Below are positions 37,091 through 49,636 of a DNA stretch of 64,000 nt, in pieces. The stretch's first letter is position 1. Every line of letters begins with the position of its first letter. Both the position numbers and the translations under genes were made by a program. The DNA is from Octopus vulgaris (taxonomy: Eukaryota): assembly GCA_951406725.2 (NCBI GenBank), contig OX597814.1:165106001-165170000 (forward strand), in the 5' to 3' direction. The notes beneath the pieces are model-generated. The model was not told the DNA's origin. It did not search any database and saw only the letters and a list, made by a program, of their open reading frames with translations.

Positions 37091-38410
37091 ATGTTTTTGG
37101 AAACTAAAAGGAAAACTAAATCAGTATACCAAATCGCTTGTCCTATGGTTAATCTGGAAGCGCGTCCCCCAGGGAAGAGCCAGCCTGGGATCGAAAAGTC
37201 ATCAACTGGCACAAACTCTTCTCCGAATACGGACATGGATGGTCACTTGAACGGGAAATCCCCCAACTCGAGCCCTCCAAGTTCACCACCACAACCACCA
37301 CAGAAAGAAAAATGTAAGCGGAACAAATGGACCCGAGAAGAGTATAAAGAAGTAATATACGCTTATTACTATGCATTAGGTAGGCCATCTCAAGAGAGAC
37401 ACACCGCAAACTCTTACAGTATATGGAGAACACGGAATCAAGACAGTAGGCCCTATTTGGACGAGAACAAATTAGCAAATGTGAGGAGGGATATCTTTAG
37501 AAATAACAGGCTCACAGACAGTGAAATAAGTGCGATCAAGCACGCAACGGAAAATGACATAAATATAAGACACAAAGGAAATGAAGAATCAGATGAACAG
37601 TATAGCCCGCCACGAGGCTTAATTGAAAGACTGCCATCTGACCAAAGTACGCAAAGGCCTGAAGATACAAGAAATTCTATTGTACCTGTTAAAGATAGCC
37701 AGGAAAACGAAAAAACAACAGTAACTGAAGATCTCGCATTTGCTGAAGAACACAGAGAGTCTATGGCAGAAATGAGGCAGAAAATCCTGAATACGCTTGA
37801 AGTTGTAAGACATACAAGTATGAATGATAGAGAACCGCTTCATAAACTCTCAAATACAAACCAAAATAAAAAACAAATCCAAATTGGCAACTATGTAACA
37901 AATGAAATAATACGAGAATTAAAACCTGATTTTACTGAGTTAAATGAAATTATTTACGCTTCTGCTAGGGCAATTGAAACCAGCTGTATGCCCCCGAAAA
38001 AACAAAGAAAACAAAACCTGGGAAGAAATCAAACCTGGAAAAGTAAAATTGAAAAAGAGATTGAATTTATGAGAGGGGAAATATCAATATTAAATGAACT
38101 AATATGTGGAAATGATGTAAGATCCAGAACAGGAAGAGAGATGAAGAGAAAATTTGGATCCTCACCAAGAGAAGAACTGATATCAATAAAAGAAACGCTG
38201 AAACAAAAAGTCCAAGCAAAAGCCCAAAGAATACGAAGATTTGAGAAGAGAAACAAGTTTTACAAGCAAAATAAGCTGTTCACATCCAATGCCAAAAAAT
38301 TCTACAGAGAAATAGGGAAGGAGAAAGTAACCGTTAAAGACCCCCTCCCATGGAAGAAGTTCAAAACTTTTGGGAAAGGATTTGGAGTGACAAGAAGACG
38401 TACAACATAA
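37091..38410 (+). CDS. R4/Dong polyprotein N-terminal part (frameshifts at about 38345)
   Basis: RNKWTREEYKEVIYAYY Myb-like motif and LKQKVQAKAQRIRRF...QNKLF...KKFYR pre-RT motif. Confidence 0.85.
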   Translation: MFLETKRKTKSVYQIACPMVNLEARPPGKSQPGIEKSSTGTNSSPNTDMDGHLNGKSPNSSPPSSPPQPPQKEKCKRNKWTREEYKEVIYAYYYALGRPSQERHTANSYSIWRTRNQDSRPYLDENKLANVRRDIFRNNRLTDSEISAIKHATENDINIRHKGNEESDEQYSPPRGLIERLPSDQSTQRPEDTRNSIVPVKDSQENEKTTVTEDLAFAEEHRESMAEMRQKILNTLEVVRHTSMNDREPLHKLSNTNQNKKQIQIGNYVTNEIIRELKPDFTELNEIIYASARAIETSCMPPKKQRKQNLGRNQTWKSKIEKEIEFMRGEISILNELICGNDVRSRTGREMKRKFGSSPREELISIKETLKQKVQAKAQRIRRFEKRNKFYKQNKLFTSNAKKFYREIGKEKVTVKDPLPWKKFKTFGKGFGVTRRRTT

Positions 38411-38541
38411 ATGCAGACTGGATTATACAAACTGAAGGATCCTACCAAAATTTACAACAAGCATAGGAAGACATCACAATAGCACACCTAAGAAAGGCAC
38501 TCACGAAGGCCCATAATTGGAAATCCCCCGGTAAATATAGG

Positions 38542-40776
38542 GTGCCGAATTTCTGGCTCGCATTGCTCCCGTGCGCACACGGTAAGCTAGTTCAGCTGCT
38601 CAATGGAATTTTGAGAGACCCAAAGAAAACACCTGAATGGTTAGCAAGTGGCATTACTTACCTACTCCCAAAGAATAACGAAACCAACCTTCCAAACAAC
38701 TATCGGCCTATAACCTGTCTATCCACCACGTATAAAATCCTAACATCTATCCTGGCGGAGAAAACATATGCATTCATGGAGAAGAACGATATTTTCCCAA
38801 TTGAACAAAAAGGGTGCCGCCGAGGCTCTTACGGATGCAAAGATCAACTGCTAATCAATCGTATGATCCTTGAGAACTGTCACAACAAGCGCAGAAATCT
38901 CAGCACCGCATGGATTGACTATAAAAAGGCCTTCGACAGTATACCGCATCCATGGATCTTGAGATCGCTGGACATCTTTAAAATTTCCCCTGTGATTTCA
39001 AACTTCCTGAAGCACAATATGTCGTTGTGGAATACGAATCTCCAATTACACCACTCTAATGGAGTACTTGCCTCAGAAAATATAAACATCAACTGTGGAA
39101 TTTTTCAAGGTGACTCACTTTCACCTTTAATATTCTGCATAGCCCTAATACCCCTTACAAGTGAATTAAACAGAACAGGGTATGGGTATAAAATTGCCAA
39201 TAAAAAAATAAGCCATTTATTTTATATGGATGACTTAAAACTTTATGGTAAAGACAATAATGAACTTGAAGGCCTATTGCGCACCGTGAAAGCATTCAGC
39301 GATGACATCGGGATGGAGTTTGGACTTGAGAAGTGTGCCAAAGCCACTTTCCAGAAAGGGAAAGTGAAGACCACAAATTCAGTCGTGTTAGATGTTGACA
39401 CAGTCATAAGAGAGCTTGAGCAAGAACAGACATACAAATATTTAGGGATAAATGAAGGCTCTGGTATTCAGCATGCAAGCATGAAAGAGAAAATCAGGAA
39501 GGAATGTTATAGGAGAGTTCGTGCAGTCCTGAAATCTGAACTAAATGCACGTAACAAGGTGTTAGCTATAAATTCCTTAGCAGTTCCAGTTGTTACTTAT
39601 AGCTACAATGTGTTGAACTGGAATATGAGTGAAGTAAAGAATATAGATAGAAAAATACGCAAGCTGCTGAGTTGTAATAGGATGCACCACCCAAAGGCAG
39701 ACGTAGATCGCCTTTACCTTCCCAGAGCCCAAGGAGGTCGAGACCTGATCCAATTTGAACTAGCTTACAAAACAACCACAATTGGACTGGCCAAATATCT
39801 CGAAATATCGAATGACTGGATGCTAAAGCTCGTGGAAAATCACGAGAGACGAAAGAAGCTTCATTCTATCATCAAGGAAAGCAAAAAATTTGCTATTGAT
39901 CTCGTGCAGGATACCCAAACTGAACAACCCGAGGGAAGTACGGCAACTATTGTTGCAAAGAAGGTGAAAATGATGGCAATGAAAAAAGCGCACGAGCAAT
40001 TGGCTGATAGGTGGGAGGAGAAACCTCTGCACGGCAAATATGTGACCCGCAGCAAACAAGCTGATGTTGACCAGAAGCAAACCCATCAGTGGCTGCGGAG
40101 CTCAGGGCTAAAAGCAGAGAGCGAAGGTTTCATCCTGGCTGCTCAAGACCAAAGCCTATTAACCCGGAACTACCAGGCCAATGTGATGAAAAATGGAGCA
40201 GACCCAAAATGCCGATTCTGCAACGACATGATTGAAACAGTGGACCACCTAATCTCTGGATGTAAAGTCTTAGCACCAGTGGAGTATAAATTAAGACATG
40301 ACAGAGTTGGCCAATATCTCCACTGGCTAATAAGTCGGCATTACAATATCAAAACTGCCGACAAGTGGTATAATCACCACCCTGAGGCTGTAACTGAAGG
40401 AGAAAATGTAACCATTCTGTGGGACTTTCCAGTACATACAGACCGAACCATCAAGGCCAATAAACCAGATATTGTTGTGAAAGACCAAAACAATAAAGTT
40501 TGCTTATTGATCGACATGAGCATCCCCTGTGATCATAATATATCAGCGAAAGAGTTTGACAAGCTCAGAAAATATAAAGACCTACTCATTGAAATTGAGA
40601 AAATGTGGCATCTCAAGGCGGTTACAATACCAGTGATCGTAGGAGCACTAGGAATGATCAAGAAGGGAACCGAAAATTATATGAGAATGATCCCTGGCTT
40701 ACCATCCCTGCAAGAAGTGCAAAAGATTGTCTTAACTGGTACATCACACGTATTGAGAAGAGCATTGTCGATGTGA
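38542..40776 (+). CDS. R4/Dong reverse transcriptase plus restriction-like endonuclease
   Basis: YRPITCL, QKGC, WIDYKKAFDS, GIFQGDSLSP, YMDD, YKYLG, CRFC...ETVDHLISGC, RHD, KPDIVV...LIDMSIP, KLRKY, PVIVGALG. Confidence 0.95.
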   Translation: MPNFWLALLPCAHGKLVQLLNGILRDPKKTPEWLASGITYLLPKNNETNLPNNYRPITCLSTTYKILTSILAEKTYAFMEKNDIFPIEQKGCRRGSYGCKDQLLINRMILENCHNKRRNLSTAWIDYKKAFDSIPHPWILRSLDIFKISPVISNFLKHNMSLWNTNLQLHHSNGVLASENININCGIFQGDSLSPLIFCIALIPLTSELNRTGYGYKIANKKISHLFYMDDLKLYGKDNNELEGLLRTVKAFSDDIGMEFGLEKCAKATFQKGKVKTTNSVVLDVDTVIRELEQEQTYKYLGINEGSGIQHASMKEKIRKECYRRVRAVLKSELNARNKVLAINSLAVPVVTYSYNVLNWNMSEVKNIDRKIRKLLSCNRMHHPKADVDRLYLPRAQGGRDLIQFELAYKTTTIGLAKYLEISNDWMLKLVENHERRKKLHSIIKESKKFAIDLVQDTQTEQPEGSTATIVAKKVKMMAMKKAHEQLADRWEEKPLHGKYVTRSKQADVDQKQTHQWLRSSGLKAESEGFILAAQDQSLLTRNYQANVMKNGADPKCRFCNDMIETVDHLISGCKVLAPVEYKLRHDRVGQYLHWLISRHYNIKTADKWYNHHPEAVTEGENVTILWDFPVHTDRTIKANKPDIVVKDQNNKVCLLIDMSIPCDHNISAKEFDKLRKYKDLLIEIEKMWHLKAVTIPVIVGALGMIKKGTENYMRMIPGLPSLQEVQKIVLTGTSHVLRRALSM

Positions 40777-40977
40777 GAACTGTTGCTGCTCATGTATTTT
40801 AATTTAACTTTTTAAAAAATTTTTAAAAAAATAAAAAAATTAACGAACTACTGAGTTTGGTTTAATGGCCTACCAATATACACTATGAGTTTCTTTGCCC
40901 TAGGAGTCGGGAAGACACTCGGCAAGAAATGGAAGAAAATTTGAAAGAAGAAAAAAAAAAAAAGTAATAATAATAAT

Positions 40978-41109
40978 AGGCGCAGGCGTTGCTGTATGAT
41001 AAGAAGCTTGCTTCCCAACCACCTTTGGCTAGTGTTTTCTACTATTACTTCGGGCCGACCAAAGACTCGTGAGTGGATTTGGTAGACGGAAACTGAAAGA
41101 ATCTTGTTG

Positions 41110-41149
<40 letters not shown>

Positions 41150-41340
41150 TGTGTTTGTCCGCCCCCACGGCTAGGCAGCTGATGTTGGTGAGTTTACGGC
41201 CCGGTAACTAAGTGGTTCAGCATAAGAAGCCGTCAGACTGAAGAAAAAAATTGGTCTTGGGGTTTATATTTTTCGGCTAAAATCGTTTAAGGCGATGCTC
41301 TTGTATAGCCGCAATCAAACGAGTGAAGCAAGTAAAAATG
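40978..41340 (+). mobile_element. SINE family A, diverged
   Basis: AGGCGCAGG head immediately after the Dong (TAA)n; decayed tail running into (GAA)n. Confidence 0.8.
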
Positions 41341-42030
41341 AAAGTGAAGAAGAAGAAGAAGAAGAAGAAGAAGAAGAAGGAGGAGAAGGAGAAGAAGAAG
41401 AAGAATATCACGAGTCTATTGATTTGTTTGTACCACATTCCTGGCCATAACATTTTATTTATTCTCTTCAGACGTCATTTTTATGAGCTTTTAAGTTTCA
41501 TGGGGTAATAAAACAAATATTTATTATTTGTATCTGTAGGAGAAAGTAGATGAGATTCTAAAAGACAAAAAGCGAAGTGTCAACTATCATAAGCAACAGG
41601 AACCTCCACGTGGTCGAAAGATCTGCGAGAAATATTTGCCTATAACAACCGTCTTAAAACTGTAGAATATTGTTGATAATATGGACTTAAATTAAATAAA
41701 AGCAGTGTAGTTATGTCTAGGACACCTTTGGCTATATAGCTCCACTCATTTGCTGAAATGACGTTAAACAATACGAATAACTAGCGAGTTTACTGCACCA
41801 CCCATCAGTCCGTTAGAAATAGCAGCCAAATCATCTCCAAATCAAGATATATTGTTTTCAATAAGGGAAGAGCATAGATAATGTAGTTGAGGATTGCGCG
41901 AAGACACCAGACGTGTTAGAAAATGCTGTCTGAGCTGTTTTCATTGCATGAAACTAATATTAGCTCACATACATACATACATACATACATACATACATAC
42001 ATACATACATACATACATACATACATACAC

Positions 42031-42107
<77 letters not shown>

Positions 42108-42108
<1 letters not shown>

Positions 42109-43112
42109 TTACTTTGATACTTTGATCGGTTTCGGCCAGTATTGGCCCAGGCCATGTCTAACTTAATAGAATGGTAAAGTCATTCAAATCAGGAATCGGA
42201 CAACATGGCCCACTCAAGTAGAGAGTTATTGTTTACGGAGTCATATCTGAGTGTAGGAGGTTTATCCAGGACTTTTTGAAGGAATTTGTCCAAACACTTC
42301 TTGAACTTTATGGAGTCTGCTTTGCTTTAATGTTAAAGAGAGTGGGGCCAACTGAGGTGAAATAATTGTGCGGTATTGTTGTTATGTGATGCGAGTATGA
42401 TTTTTGTTGTGGACGGATAGCACGGGGCCCAAGTCTTAGGTGTATCTTAAAGGTGATGCCAACATCATTTGGGCAATGCTGATGGAATATTTTCCACGTT
42501 ATGCAGATGATGTAGCGCTCACGGCGGCGTTGGAGAGAATAAAACTTGAGCTTTTCTAGTCGACCCCAATAGTCAAGGCTTGTCATGCCATCCATCTTTT
42601 TTGGAATTGGCTTTTGAGGTGCTTCAATTTTCATGATACTTTGCTTCGTGTGGGGAGACCGCAATGGACAGCAGTATTCAAGATGGGGGTCGGGAAAAAA
42701 TGGAGAAGAGGATGATGATGATGTAAATATCTCTCGACTGGAAGTTTCTGAGAATCCAGGAACACATTCTGCAGGCCATGTCAATTTGCTGTTTATATGA
42801 GTGGCCCAGCTTATGTTGTTGTCCACAATTACTCCCAATGCTCTAATGTTATTGGATGCCATGAGAGTTTGACCCAAAGGAAGGGAGTATGGGGGTTTCG
42901 GGGTATCCTCTTTTCCGAAGTGGATTAACTCAAATCTGTACTCCTTCAGCAGCAAACTATACTTTTCCGCCTGTTGGATGATAGCCAGTAGGTCTGACCG
43001 AAGGCATGCCCGGTCACCCACTTCATTGATGACCCTCTGGTTCTTGGAATCATCTGCAGAGATTGTTATGTTACTGTACTTAATGATATCAGTAATGTCG
43101 TTGATGCATGTG
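42108..43112 (-). mobile_element. 5'-truncated CR1-group LINE within (TA)n
   Basis: INDI...SADDSK (RT core), FELIHFG, LGVIVDNNISWATHI, HLEYCCP, YWGRLEKLKFYSLQRRRERY, FKKCLDKFL...NNSL; (ATCAAAGT)n tail. Confidence 0.88.
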
Positions 43113-43209
43113 TATATATATATATATGTGAATATATATATATATATATATATATACACATGCATCAACGACATTACTGATATCATTAAGTACAGTAACA
43201 TAACAATCT
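43060..43209. repeat. Perfect palindrome (53-bp unique arms) centred on (TA)n
   Basis: 43060-43112 is the exact reverse complement of 43157-43209. Confidence 0.95.
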
Positions 43210-43234
43210 GTGAATATATATATATATATATATG

Positions 43235-43285
<51 letters not shown>

Positions 43286-43309
43286 AAGAAATATACATAT
43301 ATGTAAGTG

Positions 43310-43343
<34 letters not shown>

Positions 43344-43727
43344 TGTATGTATGTATGTATGTATGCATTATGTATATAGTAATCCTACGTTTTATCGGCA
43401 CAGCTCAGTACGATCCCATAAAATCACTAGGTTGCAGGTTGTAATCACTAGGCCGTAGCCGATATAATAAAATAGGCGCTTGTATATGCGTACTCAAAAA
43501 CGTTAGTCAGTCTCACCACCCTGTTGTCTGGGATGGTAGTGGTTTACTCCTCTTCTAGCAATATAATATATGTATGTACGTACAGAGTGCAGGTTGGATC
43601 GATAACCAGCTGAGGCTTAACTAGTAGTAACATGGAACACCCACTTTAACGTGGCGATTAACTCTACTGAACTTAAAGGATATATATATATATATATATA
43701 TATATAGATATATATATATATATATAT

Positions 43728-43809
<82 letters not shown>

Positions 43810-43815
43810 GTGTAG

Positions 43816-44205
43816 AGGCGCAGTTGTGGCTGTGTGGTAAGTAGCTTGCTTACCAACCACATGGTTCCAGGTTCAATCCCACTGCAAATGTCTTCTACTA
43901 TAGCCTCGGGCCAACCAAAGCCTTGTGAGTGAATTTGGAAGACGGAAACTGAAAGAAGCCCGTCGTATAGATATATATGTACATATATGTGTGTGTTTGT
44001 TTGTGTGTCTGTTTGTCTCTCTACCGTTGCTTGACAACCGCTGCTGGTGTGTTTACGTCCCCGTCACTTAGCGGATAGGCAAAAGAGACCGATAAAATAT
44101 GTACTAGGCTTACAAAGAATAAGTCCTGGGGTCGATTTGTTCGACTAAAGGCGGTGCTCCAGCATGGTCGCAGTCAAATGACTGAAACAAATAAAAGAAT
44201 AAAAT
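43816..44205 (+). mobile_element. SINE family A, full length
   Basis: Head, body and tail recognisable on the + strand. Confidence 0.9.
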
Positions 44206-44497
44206 AATGCATAATACACACCACACCACCCCTCACACACTAGCACTGACAACTTCCCAGCACCCACATCAGCGCACACAATAGAACTGACCGCTTCCAA
44301 GCATCTATACCATCATTCACACACCTAGACATGCACACATACACACGCATACACACGTCAAGGTAACCAGCCCCCCTCCACACGCACATACACGGTCTCA
44401 CATACTCAAGCACACGCACCTTCAGTTTGGGATCACCACTACTTTATTAACTCCCCTTCTTCCTAGCGCTCGTGTGGCATTCGTGCGGCATTCGCAA

Positions 44498-44723
44498 TGA
44501 TTGGCAGAATCGTTAGCACACCGGGAGAAATGCCTAGCGGTATTTCGTCAAGCGTTACCTTCTGAGTTCAAATTCCGCCGAGGTCGACTTTGCCTTTCAT
44601 CCTTTCGAGGTCGATTAAATAAGTACCAGTTACGCACTGGGGTCGATGTAATCGACTGAAACCCTTTGTCTGTCCTTGATTGTCCCCTCTATGTTAGCCC
44701 CCCAGTGGGCAATAAAGAAATAA
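44498..44723 (+). mobile_element. SINE family B
   Basis: TGGCAGAATCGTTAGC...GAGTTCAAATTCC...GCCTTTCATCCTTTCGAGGTCG...AATAAAGAAATA. Confidence 0.85.
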
Positions 44724-44744
44724 ATTATAGATCGCTAGCCACTA

Positions 44745-44912
44745 TACCTTTTTCTGTTTTCTTTCCTTGTTTATTTGTGTGTTCCTTTCTGTCGAAGAGC
44801 GTAGGCTCCAAACATAAAAGACTTTCTCACTTCCCGAGCGTTAAACTAAAACATCTGTTTGTTGTTTACACACACGTCTTCGTCTTTTGTTTTTATGTAA
44901 ATTCTCAGTATG
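44745..44912 (+). mobile_element. Penelope-like terminal repeat with a decayed hammerhead, ending in (TA)n
   Basis: CTTT-CTGTCGA-AGAGC-GTAG-GCTC-CAAA-CA-TA-AAAG; homologous copy at 10770-10910. Confidence 0.6.
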
Positions 44913-45020
<108 letters not shown>

Positions 45021-45172
45021 CCTTTAGCAGAATGGATGGTTACAGCAGAAGTGTTCGATCAGCTTACTTGCATAATGAAGAATGTCGCCGGAGCTCATGA
45101 ACTTGGTTTTTGGTTTTTACATTCAGGTGTCGTAGTTGTAGTTGTTGCCTCCGCTGCTGCTGCTGCTGCTGC

Positions 45173-45254
<82 letters not shown>

Positions 45255-45584
45255 GCTTTTGTTGTTAACTTCCAGTCAGTCCTACTCTGGCAGACACATG
45301 ATCAAACTTTTCCAACCACGATCAACCCAACTTTTTCTCAAGCAGTGGACAAAAAATCCACTATCTCCTTTCTTTTCTTTAAAACGAAAGACGCCAGGTG
45401 AAGATTTGTGAGAGATACCGTCGCTATTTGTTAGATTAGTTGACTGACCTTGTTCGACACTTTCATATTAATAACATCTGATTGTTATATTTTTTATTTA
45501 ACTTCAGATCACCAAAAATACTGAGTTATATCATAAAAGATGTTTGAGCTTTCTTTATTTAATTTGTCTTTATATAATCTAAAT

Positions 45585-45767
45585 CTAAGTCCTCTGCATC
45601 TGGTATGCCGCGGCACACTGGTGTGCCACGAAACGATGCTAATTGTGCCGCAGTGTAACCTGAATATAGTTCTTTTCCCCATACTTTTAGTTACATTTTA
45701 AGTGTGCCAGCGAATTTTGAAAAGAATATAAGTGTACCGCAAGTGAAAAAATGGTTGCGGGGCACTA
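45585..45767. mobile_element. hAT/Charlie-type MITE
   Basis: Right TIR GGTTGCGGGGCACTA, decayed left TIR, repeated GTGTGCC subterminal motifs, 8-bp TSD ATCTAAAT / CTCTAAAT. Confidence 0.65.
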
Positions 45768-46018
45768 CTCTAAATTATCAACTGTACCCGGTAGTTTTGC
45801 TTCATTCAAGTACAGAGAGAGCTTACTTCTTGATAGAGATATTAGTATATCGTCGATAAATATGTGGAACTAGGCAAAATGTTGTTTCTCTGACGTTATC
45901 AATTTTTACACTTGTTTAGATATCTCAATAGATCATCGTAATATCAACAAAATCGTTTTAATCAGCAAAGTATGCTATTGATACTGTGACGTCAACAAAG
46001 GATGTGTCTTTGATATAG

Positions 46019-46210
46019 TTATTTATTCCTTTCTTGGCTCTGCTTTATAGAAGGTAAATCTCTTGGCATAAAAGTTTTGTCGCATGCTTTCTTAGAATAT
46101 GAAAGAAGTTGTAAGGAAGAGTTGTCATTCGTTTCAAATAACTTGTAACAGAGTAAACAAATATCACTTTTTTTATCCAAGGAAAATACTAACTCATCAT
46201 CATGCAATAT
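46019..46210 (-). other. Candidate terminal coding exon of an unidentified gene
   Basis: Acceptor TTTATTTTCTTAG|ATA, then 63 open codons (ILHDDELVFSLDKK...ERNK*) in non-repetitive DNA. No recognised homology. Confidence 0.25.
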
Positions 46211-46795
46211 CTAAGAAAATAAATTATTGAAACATTGTCATACTTCTTTTGAATTACACATATTAAAATATATTTAGCCATGCTCTATAGGGAATTTAGG
46301 TTGAAACCAAAATTTAGCAAAAGAACATGCTACGTAATCAAACTTCCTCGCTTTCTGGAAACCGAATGAGATTGATTGCTTATCTAGACTGATTGCAAAA
46401 ACAAATGCTTCGCAAGTTCAGAAACATCTGTCCATTAGATGTCTTTTGATGAGTGTGCAGTTTAGTTACAGACATTGCCGTATACGAAATTCCGTTCAGA
46501 GAACAGAAATAATTTCCTCTTAAAAACCTATAGCATTTCCGTCAGAAGCTTGATACTTCTACGTTGTGTGTGATTTCGTTGAAGCCCGTGAAAGAATCTA
46601 AGGAAGCGACAGAAATATAGATTGAGAATTAAGTTAGTGTAAGTCTTTACAGGAATTACTCCATTCACAAACATAATCACTATAATAAATATGTCACAAG
46701 AGTCTCAAACAAGATTTTATTTCAAAATACTTTGCTGCAACATTACATTCCTCATCCACAAGTGGCTAGCTACTTCAGTACTTTTTTTTTTTCAG

Positions 46796-46912
46796 GATCA
46801 TCAGTACTGCTTGTTGATAGAAATAAAAATATATCTCAGTTTATTATTCCGTTTAGAGTGTCATTGAAACTCCCGATGCAGAAGACGAAAACCATGATTT
46901 ATCCACCCACAC
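46796..46912 (+). other. Candidate internal exon (117 bp)
   Basis: Strong acceptor (T)11CAG| and donor |GTAAGT, length divisible by 3, open phase-1 frame. Confidence 0.35.
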
Positions 46913-47557
46913 GTAAGTACAACACAATCCAAAATGCATACTTTACTGCTGACTGAATCTTTTTGACGGTCAACAAATAAATAGAACAGATGCATTTGCC
47001 AAGGGAGCCTTTAATACCTTTCAGTAACATTTCAAATCTACTGGGTTCGAGTATGCAATCATTGATATATTTCATTTTGCTCGGCCAAAAACTGATTATA
47101 GTCAGTTTTTGCCATTATATAATTTATTTCATGGCACAATGTGTGATAACACATTGTGCCATGAACAATAGATATACAACACACATAGATATATATATAC
47201 ACACATCACCACAAACACAAACACACATACACACACACACATGTATATATATATATTTATATAAATATAATTAGGATTACGCAACAAGTTGCTTAACCAC
47301 ATACCGAAAATTAAGAAATAGTAGCCAAAAACCACTTATTCCTTTTGCTATAGATATTACTCCACAGATGTACATGTATATAAAAAAACGTTTTGTAAAA
47401 GTTCCTACCGATAACTGTTCTCTTTCCATACCGAAACTACTTGGTAATATTTATTAACTTTAAAACTAATAATTATTTACCCTTATATTTGTAATTATAA
47501 AAATTTATATACATACATACATACATACATACATACATACATACATACATACATACA

Positions 47558-47588
<31 letters not shown>

Positions 47589-47828
47589 GTACATATATAT
47601 ACATACAAAGATACATATAAGGTCATATCAAGTGCAAACGCTTGGCAAGGCATTACTTCGAAACAGTTACTGTATGATCGTTTACATGAATAAATACATA
47701 TAAGCTCTATAATATACTTTATATAATACGTATTGAGTACCAGCTTCGCAGATGTTTGCTTCATTTTATCCATGTTAGTCTATGCATATGTATATGTATA
47801 TAAATGCGTACATATATGTATGTATGTA

Positions 47829-47866
<38 letters not shown>

Positions 47867-48027
47867 AACACACACATACACATACACACATACACGCACA
47901 TGCATATATATATATAAGCATGTGCGTATGTGTGTATATATACATATATACATACATACATACACACGTGTATATGCATATATAATTATATATATGAACA
48001 AATATATACATATATACATATATATAC

Positions 48028-48083
<56 letters not shown>

Positions 48084-48134
48084 ATATATATGCATATATG
48101 TATGTTTGTATGTATTTATATACAGAACATACAT

Positions 48135-48177
<43 letters not shown>

Positions 48178-49002
48178 AACATGCAGACACACATACATAT
48201 GTATAATATATATATATATATATTTCTGTGCATGTGATATATTTGTGCGTGTGAATGTGTTGCTGTGTTTGCTTGTCCATGTATGTATGTGTGTATGCGC
48301 GTGCATATTTTGTGTGAGTGCGTATGTAAAATTTTGAGCAGCTTACAGAACCTCGATCCTAAATACATGAGAATGGTGTCAAACAACTTAAGGGTGGAAG
48401 ATGAATAGTGTAAGTGAGTGGGTGAGGAGATGGGTGGATGTGTGTAGGGAGTGCTCAGTTTGACTGTGGGGGAGTATGGGTTGAACGTAATCTGACAGTT
48501 CAAATAACGACAGCTGCGGTTTAAGTAAAATAAGAAACTTCACAAATATGTAGAATGAAGGCAATGTTGGAAATGATGGTATGAGAAATTTGCTTTATAA
48601 TAACTACGGGCATGTATGTGATAGTAATGTACATTTGTTGATTTGTATGTGTGTATGTGCGCGCTTGTGTGTGCGTGTGTTAGTGATAGTAAATGCGATT
48701 CGTACAAGTGTGATTATATATACGAGTCTGTGTATATATATATATATATAACTGAACATATAATTTTCTTTTCTCTTTTTTTTTTATTTGTTTCAGTCAT
48801 TTGACTGCGGTCATGCTGGATCACCGCCTTGTAGTCGACGAAATCGAGCCCAGGAATTATTCTCTTTCGTCGAACCGCTAGGTTACGGGGACGTAACCAC
48901 ACCAACATCGGTTATCAAGCGACTATGGTGGTGGTGGTGGTGGTGGTGGTGATGGTACAAACACAGACGCAAAGATACATGTCAATATCTATATATATAT
49001 AT

Positions 49003-49170
49003 AGTTAATCCAAACATGAACAAAGAGAAAACATAAAGCGAGGACGTGGAACAAGTATAGTGTTTTGGATGCTCAGGAAAGGAAAGAAAGAAGGAGGATT
49101 TAACGTTTCGAGCGGAGCTCTTCGTCAGAAACATAGAAAAAGGAAAGGTCCAAGAAAGGGAAGACGCTGC
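49003..49170 (-). mobile_element. Penelope-like terminal fragment inserted in the SINE microsatellite
   Basis: Contains a clean minimal hammerhead core and is bounded by TA repeats. Confidence 0.65.
49099..49131 (-). ncRNA. Minimal type I hammerhead ribozyme motif
   Basis: TTT-CTGACGA-A-GAGC-TCC-GCTC-GAAA-CGT-TA-AA: intact core, stem II, palindromic AACGTT helix III. Helix I is very short. Confidence 0.6.
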
Positions 49171-49416
49171 TTAGTACGCTTTATAGTAGTCGTATATATA
49201 TATACGACAGTTTTAGTTTCTGTCTACCAAATCCACTCACAAGACAATTATCAATCCGGGACTATAGAAGACATTTGCCCAAGGCGCCACGCAGTGGGAC
49301 TGAACCTGGAACCATACGATTGGGAAGCAAGCTTCTTACCACACAGCTATGCCATATATAGTGTATGTGTGTGTTTATACGCGCGCACACACACACACAC
49401 ACACACAAATACACAC

Positions 49417-49451
<35 letters not shown>

Positions 49452-49502
49452 CAGAGACAGACAGAAAGACTGGGACAGACAGACAAACAGAGAGACAAAC
49501 AA

Positions 49503-49636
<134 letters not shown>

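Larger units (their letters stand above)
36981..40963 (+). mobile_element. Near full-length RLE-type non-LTR retrotransposon, R4/Dong clade
   Basis: Single-ORF layout: Myb-like N-terminus, RT, CCHC, RHD and PD-(D/E)xK endonuclease. A-rich 3' end followed by (TAA)4; preceded by AATAACAATAATA. Confidence 0.92.
48775..49332 (-). mobile_element. SINE family A interrupted at its internal (TA)n
   Basis: Tail half 48775-48975 and head half 49190-49332 flank a foreign insert. Confidence 0.8.

Noticed and set aside
38341-38466. Programmed frameshift plus stop read-through between two LINE ORFs
   Set aside because: R4/Dong elements have a single ORF and no slippery heptamer is present; mutation or sequencing error is simpler.
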